Part shown: positions 55,020-64,000 of the stretch, one piece after another
Numbering within the stretch: position 1 is the first letter of the stretch
Layout of the letters: each line of letters opens with the position of its first letter
Source of the DNA: the human T2T-CHM13v2.0 reference genome, Homo sapiens
Assembly (NCBI RefSeq): GCF_009914755.1
Contig: NC_060934.1
Length of the DNA stretch: 64,000 nucleotides
Strand: one strand, 5' to 3'
Translations under genes and position numbers: made by a program
Notes under the pieces: model-generated
The model's input: only the letters and a program-made list of their open reading frames with translations
Told to the model about the DNA's origin: nothing
The model's database searches: none

Positions 55020-56336
55020 TCCTAGAATAGAGTATGTCTCCAAATCTACTCTTCCTACAGTCTTATTTCCATAAAACATATAACTCCATCTCTAAGTTGT
55101 CAGGCCAATATCTGGGAGTTATTTTCTATTCTTCTCTTTCTCTTGCACACCAGAAGTGATTCTTTAGCAGAACTTGGCAGTTTCGACTTCAGAATACGCC
55201 CTGAATCTGACCATTTCTCACACCTTTCATAAATACAACACTAGTCCAAGCCTACCTTCTCTTATCTGCATGTTCTTCTTGTCCTCACCTTGGTCTTCTT
55301 AAATTTATTCCCATCAGGAGCCAGAGCGATTCTATTAAAAAGTAAGATCAAGCCCCTACTCTTTAAAATCCTTTAGTGGTTCCACACTGTACTACAATTA
55401 AGAGCCAAAGTTGCTGCCCTGTCCTAGGACATTAATAAACGATCAGCCCTCAGTCCTGCATTGCTGCTCCTTGAACACACTGGGGTGCTGCATATTGGGG
55501 CATTTGTTCTTCCTTTATCGCAGGCACCCATGATCTTTCTTCAGGCCTTGCCTCAAATGTCTGCTTCTCGGTGGGCCCTTTGTCACTCTGTTTAAAATGA
55601 TATCCTCTGCCCCTGTTCCTCATGTAACTGCACCAGAGCAATCTGGTTCAACTTTTATGTATTAGTGTTGTGAGGTGTTTCTCAGTTGCCATGGACTCTC
55701 GGGTCATGCAACCTGAGCATGCCCAGATGAAGAAAGTGTGCAACCACAGGGGGATCCTAAGTGCTCAGACTGAGGAGCAGGGTCTGAATTGAGAAGTGGA
55801 CACCGCATAGCAGGATCTGGCATCCAATCACATTGAGCCATGGCACCACCCCATGGCAGGATCCAATTAGATCATGCCTGCTGGTATCACCTCATTGAAA
55901 GATCCAATTGGATCAGACCTCATTTTGTTATGCTTATAAACCCTGACCCAACCCCCAGCACATGGAGATGTATTTGAGCATTTCCTCCTTTCTCCTTGCC
56001 AGTAGACTCCAAATAAAGCTTTTCTTTTCTGAAATGCCAATCCCATGGTATCAACCTCTATGTGCATTGGGCAGCAAGCTCATTGATTGCTTGGTATAAC
56101 ACTTGCTATTTCCCCTCCCTGTCTGCTTTTCCTTTACAGCACTTGAACCATTCATTATATTGTATCTTTTACCTATTTATTATTTATTTACTCAATATTT
56201 TATTTCTTGTTTGTCCTCCTTCACCAGGATGTGAGTTCTATGACAATAGTCATTTTTTTGTATTGTTTGCTCTTCTCATCAGAACTGAAAATAGTACTTA
56301 CCACATCAAAACCACAAAGAAAAATTTGTTGAATGA
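55020..56336 (+). mobile_element. L2 remnant, split by the LTR47-like element
   Basis: CCTGAATCTGACCATTTCTCAC, GCCAGAGCGATTC, and the terminal AATTTGTTGAATGAA. Confidence 0.65.
55667..56101 (+). mobile_element. LTR47-like solo LTR
   Basis: GAGCATGCCCAGATGAA, internal GGCAGGATCCAAT repeats, AATAAAGC, and a TAACA end. Confidence 0.7.
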
Positions 56337-56678
56337 AGGAATCATTATACAACAATTTAAAATTCACAAGAGATACCAAGCACATGCAAAATAAAGAATA
56401 TAGTATTATGAACCTCTTATACCAATGATTCAGATTCAATAATGATCATCATTCTGTCATTCTCATGTCATCCAGTCTCCCTATCACTTAATAACTGAGT
56501 GGAGACTCAATTGTTATTTATTTTTTAAAGCTTTTTTCAGGTAAAATTACATATATGGAAATGCATAAATGTTATCAGTACAATTTTTGACAAATGTCTA
56601 TACTTAGGGAAACTATACCTCTATCATGATTATAATACATTTTCATCTGCCTAGAAAGTTCACTGATGTCCCTTCCAA

Positions 56679-57464
56679 TGAAATGGGAAAAGTTCCCTTA
56701 TCGCCCTTGCAGGGCGTGCGATGGGGGTCTGGCTCACTTCTTCAGTGCCCTGCAGCTCAAACTCCTAGGGGGAGCATGCAGATGGGCAGGTTGTGGGGAG
56801 CGTGGGCTCCGACCCCACAGCAACGTCTAGGGTTGAGTGTTTACAGCTTCTGAAGCCCCAGTGGGCATGTGTTACAGTGTACTCTTTGAGTTTAGCTGTC
56901 CACAGGTGGCTTGTGTTCATCAGCTCAATTAGACCCTCTGCCTTATCACAAGGACAGAGGGCTTTCTGTATCGGAGGTTCTTGCCTTAGTGTACTGGAAA
57001 AATCGGATCACACATGAGCTTGGAGAATGAGTGCAAAGTTTAGTAAATGGTGAAGGTAGCTCTGAGGAGATGGATGGGGAGCCAGAAGAGGTATGGAGTG
57101 GGAAGGTGGTCTTCCCCTGGAGTTGGGCCGCTCAGCTGTCAGGCTTTCCTCCGACCACCCTCAGTCAAATTTCCCAAAGTGTCCACATCGTTCCCCTATG
57201 GATGGCCTGCCAGCGTCTGTATGTTCTGCTGCTGTGTGCCTCTCAATGTCCAGCTGTTTGTGTCTCTGCCTGATAGGGTCTCGGGGTTTTTATAGGCACA
57301 GGATGGGGGGCATGGCAGGCCAGGGTGGTCTTGGAAAATGCAACATTTGGGTGTGAAAAGAGAAGTGCCTGTCCTCACCTAGGTTTGTGAGCACAGGCCC
57401 AAGAGTAGAGCCCTCACCAGGAGACTTTCTCTACCAAGCACTTCCCTGGCCCCCTCCTGTATCA
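56679..57464 (-). mobile_element. ERV1 solo LTR (LTR1/LTR28 group)
   Basis: TGAAATGGGAAAAGTTCCC...CCTCCTGTATCA; 4-bp TSD CCAA. Confidence 0.85.
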
Positions 57465-57629
57465 CCAAGGCAATCTCTTCCTGCCATCACCACCATGCCT
57501 CGTAGGCAGGTAATGACCATTCTGATTTTTTGCTCACCATAACTTGGTTTTACCTGTTTTAGAGCTTCACGTGAATTGAATCATACAATAGTCTCTAATT
57601 TTTTTCTCCCGGTCTAGCTTTGAATTTAG

Positions 57630-58036
<407 letters not shown>

Positions 58037-59331
58037 GCATTCAGTCTTACGAGTATATGGCAATTTGTCATTCCATTCTCCCAGTGATAGTTATTTGTCA
58101 TTGTTTTATGGCCCAGCACAGGGTCTATCTAGCTGAATGCTTCATGGGCAATTGAAATAATGTTTTTGGCTGTTGATCAAAAGTTGCTACATATATATTA
58201 TTGTACAAGTCTCTTTTTTTGAACATATGTTTTTATTTCTCTTAGATAAATAATTAGGAGTAGCATTGTTAGACCAAGGTGTTGGTGTATGATTAACTCT
58301 ACAACAAATGCCAAATATATCTACAAAGTAGTTGTAGCACTCTACTTTTTTATTAGTAATGTTTTATGCTTTTAATTTGCATTTCTCCAATGGCAAATGA
58401 TATTGAACATTTTTTTATGTGCCACTAGTTATTTATTTGATAAGTGTCTATTGTAAGAGGTTTTTATATATTCTAGATATAAGGCCTTCGTCAGCTATAT
58501 GTTTTGTGGTTATTTCCTCCTAGTCTGTGGTTTGCTGTTAATTTTTTAAATGATGTCTCTTGATAAGCAATTTTTAATTTTGAGAAAGTGTAATTTATCA
58601 TTTATTTTTCTGTGTTTTTTTTTCTGCTTTCTGTATAAGAAGTTTTGACTACAAGGACATTTTTCTGTTTCCTTTTAAAAGTGTTATGATGATGTTGTCT
58701 TTAACATTTAGAACTCTGCTTCACTGCAGCATGATTTTTGTATATGGTGTGAAATAAGGATGGGGGTTATTTATTGATTTTTTTATTTGGATGTCCAGTT
58801 GTCCCAACACCGTTTGTTGAAAAGATTTTCCTTTCTGGTTTGAATTGCTTTGGAATCGTTGTAAAATATCAATTAACTGTGGTAAGTGTGGGTCTATTTC
58901 TGGGCTCTGTATTGTATTCCAGTAACCTATTTGTCTATTTGTATTCCAAGCCCAGATGGATTTGTATAGCTTTATAATAAATCTTGTAGTCAAACGGTAT
59001 ATGTTTTTTGGCTTTGTTTTTCTTTTGAAAGATTGTTTTGGGTATTCTAGGTCCTTTGTATTTCCATATAAATTTTGGAAATACCTTATTAATTTCTATA
59101 AAAATTTCTCACTGGGATTATGATTAATATTGTTTTATGGCTCAACGTATGGTCTATTTAGCTGAATGTAGGCATGCACTTGAAAAGCAATGTATTCTAC
59201 AGTTTGAGAATATAGTGCCTATAAATGTTAACAATTTCAATGTGGTTGATAGTCTAATAGTTTTGGCGATTACCAAGGAGTAGTACAAAAATTTCCATTT
59301 GGTTCTGATGCTTGTTCTGTTGCTTCAAACT

Positions 59332-59333
59332 TT

Positions 59334-59388
<55 letters not shown>

Positions 59389-59391
59389 TTA
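59332..59391. repeat. (ATTT)n microsatellite
   Basis: About 14 near-perfect units. Confidence 0.92.
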
Positions 59392-61070
59392 CTTTAAGCA
59401 GGCCTTGAATTTTTGTTTGGACAGGCAGACAATGCCATGGTTTTGGCCTCTGTGTGCATTGGGCAGCAAGCCCATTGACTGTTATAACACTTGCTATTAA
59501 TGTATGGGATAAAAGGAACTGCAGGAGTAGGCCTTTTGCAATGTAATTGTAAGGTGTTGGGTAAGAAGTGTCCTACAGTCCTATGGTTAGGTCTCAATCT
59601 TTTTGTGTGCCTATGCCCTCCGGCTGTGAGCTTCACAGGTGCTTCTCAATTCTTATTTTCTTCACCCCCTTTGGTGGAACAGGATGGCTACAGGAGGCTG
59701 AAGTTGGGTATTTTCCTTCACCCAAGTCAGTTAGGTTTTAGTCACACCCTCGTCTTCCAGATTGTGGTAAAATAGTTTATCTTGATGACAGGCCTTGGGA
59801 TTCTCTGTATCCACCTGTCTCTCCACGCAGTTTGTCCTACGACTTCATTTCTCTGATGAATTGAAGAAGAACTGCCGATTTTTCAGCTCATTCAGTTTTT
59901 TTACTCATTGTTAGGATGGACTGATGACTTCTAAAATCCTTACACATTAGACTGGAAATTAGAAGTTGCCATTATTTTTCAAATACTTTTTTTTGTCTCA
60001 TTCTCTTTCCTGGCTTTTTAGGACTGCAGCTGCACATAGGTTGGATCACTTTGTATTGTCTACATGTCTCTTAGTTTTCTGTCCATCTTTTTTTTCTCAA
60101 TCTTTCTTTTTTCTATTCTGGAGATTGGATAATTATTATTGATATATTCTCAATTTCACTGATCTTCAGCTGCCATGGATCTTATGTTTAGCCCACCCAG
60201 GGAATGTTTTATTCTGTTAATAGTTATTACAACTTCTGGTTCTAGAATTTTTTAAATTTGGTTGTGTTTTATAGTTTCAGTTTCTTTGCTGAACTAGCCC
60301 ATGTGATTGTTCCAAATGATTGCTCACTCACCAGAAACAAATCTTTCTTGAATGTGTTTAAAACGGTTGCTTTAAAGTCTTTGCTAATTCCAGTTTCTGG
60401 TTCATCTTAGGGTAGTTTCTGTTGACTGGTTTTTCCCTTGAGTATGGGTAACTTTTCTAATTTTTTTTTGCATGTGAAGTAATTTTTAATTGGATTTAAC
60501 ATAAACGATACAGTGTAGGTACTCTAGATTCTATTATTATTTTCTCCTGAGGCATGTTTTTGTTGTTGCCGTTGCTGTTGTTATCGAGTCAGTTAATTAG
60601 GCTGGACTCTACTCTCAATTCTGTCTCTTTTGTCTTGGGAACTAGCTCTGTTGTTTCAGCTCCAAGCTGCTGTTATTGTTTTTGTTGTTTTGTTTTATTT
60701 ATTGCTAAGTTTCCTGGATCCTCCCTACCCTCTTCTTAAGCATATATAGATTAAAAGTTAGCCAAGGATTAAAATGAATTTTATCTTTGGGGCTCAGCAC
60801 CTCAGTGGCTCCTCTTCCTCCTTTTCTGGATTTAATCCTCACCCCAAATTTATGGTTGTTTTGTCAGCCCCTGACTCTTCTTTGACACCTCAAGCCAATA
60901 AGTCTGTGGTACAAATCTGTGGTACATCTGAGCAGTGGACAGTCTGAGAAGTTCATTCAAGAAAAAGATTGGAAAATTACGAATCTTACCCTTACTCTTC
61001 AGCTTTTGAGGACAGACTCTTTTTCAGTTTCTACCTGGTTTCTCTGGTGCCTTCATATATACATACACAC

Positions 61071-61753
61071 ACAGTAGTCCCTCTTTACCCAGGATTTTGC
61101 TTTCTGTGGTTTCAGTTACTTACAGTCAGCCTCAGTCTGAAAATATTGAATGAAAAATTCCAGAAATAAACCATTCACACATTTTAAATTGCATGCTGTT
61201 CTGAGTAGCATGATGAAATCTCATGCCATTCTACTATGTCCTCCCTGGGATGTGAATCATCCCTTTGGGCAGAGTGTCCACACTGTATACACTACTTACA
61301 TGTTAGTCATTGACATGTCTGCTTCTGACATCCAGCCATTGACATCATCATGGCTTGCTGTTCCAGGACTTCCTGAAGTGGATGATCCTTCCAATGTATT
61401 GTCAGAAAATTAGCAGTAACCTAATAAATACATCACAATGCCTATGTCATTTGCCTCACTTCATCTCATCACACAGACATTTTATCTCACACTGTCACAC
61501 AAAGAAGAGTGATACAATAAAATATTTTCAGAAAGAGAGAGACCACATCCACATAACTTTTGTTACTGTATATTATGATTGTTCTATGTTATTGTTGTTA
61601 ATCTTACTGTACTTAATTTATAAATTAAACCTTATCATAAGTATGTATGTATAGGCAAAGCCATAGTATATGTAGGGTTTAGTACTATTTGTGTTTTCAG
61701 GCATCCAGTAGAGGTCTTGGAATGTATCCCTCATGGATGGGAGGGACTACTAC
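61071..61753. mobile_element. TcMar-Tigger fossil (MER44/Tigger7-like) with TIRs
   Basis: CAGTAGTCCC...GGGACTACT inverted termini. Confidence 0.8.
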
Positions 61754-61764
61754 AGTAGTCCCTC

Positions 61765-62128
61765 AGATGAGGTCATACTGGAGTAAGGTGGGGTTGGACC
61801 TTAATCCAATATGAGGGAAATCCAATCCAAGAAGACAGAATTCTTACTCAAAGAAGAGGAAAATGTAGACACAGACACAGAGGGAAGAAGGCCATGTGAA
61901 GACAGAGGGAGAGATTAGAGTTACACAGCCACAATCTAGGGAATGCCTGGGGCTATCATCAGTGGGAAGAGGCAGAGAATGCTCCCGTTCTAGAGGCTTT
62001 GGAGGGAGCATAGCCCTGCCAACACCTTGATTTTGAACTTCTAGCCTCCAGAATGGTGAGATAATACATTTCTGTCACTTAAGCCATGCAGTTTGTGGCA
62101 CATTGTTAAAACATCCCTGGGACATTTA
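61765..62128 (+). mobile_element. MLT1C-like MaLR LTR
   Basis: GGCCATGTGAAGACAGAGG and GCCCTGCCAACACCTTGATTTT...CCTCCAGAA. Confidence 0.8.
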
Positions 62129-62766
62129 TACACACGCACACACATGCACACACACATACACATGCACATACACATAAACACATACACAAACATACACACA
62201 CATACACAAACATACACAGATGCATAGTTATACTGCATAAATATATGTAAGCTTTTTTCCAGATTCTAAAATATACAGGAAGGTTAATCTGACCAATTTA
62301 TTCTCCACTATCCCATGGTTATTTGAAGTAAGCTTTCAGTTACCATATTACTTTCTAATAGAATCCTAGTATTTATAATCTGTATTAGAAACATAGATTG
62401 TACTGCTGCTTGTATCAGAACCTTAGAAGTTTATTACTCTGTGGTGACCTTGGGAGCAAGTACATGTCTCATCAAATTGTGACATTCCCAGTTGGTTAAG
62501 AAAACTTGAAGCAAACTCACCCTCTCATTATTTCGTATTGATTTCCAATTGGCAAAATATCTATTTGCCTTTTACTAAGAACGAATTTTGTCTGATAGAT
62601 TGTGAATATACATCAAATAATAAAATGGAGACAAATGATATGAACCAATGTTCATATCTTGTATTTCTTGATTCATCTGAGTAACATTAAATAACATGTA
62701 TAACATGATGTCACAGTTCTGGGAAAAATAATAGTATTATGAGGTTATATCCAAGTAGGGGGAGTG

Positions 62767-63166
62767 TGCTATGATTTGAATGTTTTTGTCACCTCCAAAG
62801 ATGCATGTTGAAACTTGATCCTTAGTTTAACACTATTGAGAAGTGTGGCCTTTTGGAAGCTGTTTAGGTCATGAGGGCTCCACTCTCATGAACAGATTGA
62901 TGACATTATGAAAGGACATATGGAGGGAATTTAGCCCCCTTTTGACTCTTCTGTCCTTTCCCCCATGTGAAGACACAGCCTTCCTGTCTTCTGGAGGATG
63001 TAGCATTTCAAGGTACGATCTTGGAAGCAGAGAGCCGCCCTTTCTGAATGATGGCACCTTGCTCTTGAGCTTCACAGTGTCCAGAGCTGTAAGAGATAAA
63101 TTTCTGTTCTACATTAATGACCCAGTTTGTGGTACTCTGTTATACCAGCAAGAGCAGACTAAGGCA
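62767..63166 (+). mobile_element. MST-type MaLR solo LTR
   Basis: TGCTATGATTTGAATG...GCAGACTAAGGCA. Confidence 0.8.
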
Positions 63167-63672
63167 GGGAGATAGACAATAACAAATAAGAAATAAAAAC
63201 AAAAAAATCATGTTGTAATAAGTGATGTGACCATAATAAAACAAGAGAATGTGCAAGAGAGTGATTGTGGGGATTTAATTTGTGTCTGAATGGGTGTGTG
63301 TTGGGGAACCCCAGGATATTGTCCACATAGGCTTTGGTGTCAGAGGCACCCCACAGTTGTGCAATGCAGCAGCTTTAGCTGGGTGGCCACTTTCTACTGT
63401 GTGGTCAGAGAAGATGGCTTTGAATGGTAACGTTATTCTGTAGCTTTAATGAGATGAGGGAGCTAGCTTTGCAAAGCTTAATGAGAATAGACTATACAGA
63501 ATTAGGAAATCTGGTACAAATTTTCATTGTGGCTGAAATGGAATGAGTGAATGAAGGGAATCTACACCAGGACTAGATTATGTAAGAATTTAGATTTTAT
63601 TCCAAGTATGATTAAAAGCCCTTTGAAGGCTTAATGCAAAAGTTATTGAATCTGATTTGTAATTTTAAAAGG

Positions 63673-64000
63673 TTCTTTTTTTTGCTTAGGATTGTCTTGG
63701 CTTTTCAGGCTCTTTTTTGGTTCCATATGAAATTTAAAGTAGTTTTTTTCTAATTCTGTGAAGAAAGTCAACGGTAGCATGATGGGGATAGCATTGAATA
63801 TACACTGTAGAATACTATGCAGCCACAAAAAAGGATGAGTTCACGTCCTTTGCCGGGACATGGATGAAGCTGGAAACCATCATTCTCAGCAAACTAATAT
63901 AAGAACAGAAAACCAAATACCGCATATTCTCACTCATAAGTGGGAGTTGAACAATGAAGACACATGGACACAGGGAGGGGAACATCACACAATGGGGCCT
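63673..64000 (+). mobile_element. L1PA with inverted 5' segment (63673-63798 on -), running off the window
   Basis: A minus-strand ORF2 piece (TTGGTTCCATATGAAATTTAAAGTAG) abuts a plus-strand 3' piece (GAATACTATGCAGCC...). Confidence 0.85.

Overview
This is primate (most likely human or great-ape) non-coding, AT-rich genomic DNA dominated by interspersed repeats: Alu (J/S/Y), L1 (L1M to L1PA3), MaLR/ERVL/ERV1 LTRs, Tigger/hAT fossils and L2/MIR. I recognise no intact protein-coding or RNA gene, and almost all ORFs in the track are Alu/L1/LTR artefacts. The most unusual part is 1.5-9.1 kb. A MER57-type ERV1 provirus (LTR, tRNA-Leu PBS, gag, pro-pol) has its gag 3' half inverted. At that breakpoint sits a ~3.2-kb foreign block carrying an intronless, highly diverged cTAGE5/MIA2-like pseudogene plus upstream DNA (an L2 remnant and a decayed CpG-island-like region). 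The junctions are patchworks of short templated and fold-back copies. Similar templated-insertion scars recur across the window. A THE1 provirus is flanked by an ~85-bp duplication instead of a 5-bp TSD, and three L1s show twin-priming-type inversions. Subfamily names and the cTAGE5 comparison come from remembered consensus/protein sequences and need RepeatMasker/BLAST confirmation. I see no convincing new functional system; the best candidate for novelty is the diverged CTAGE-like cassette captured inside the ERV.
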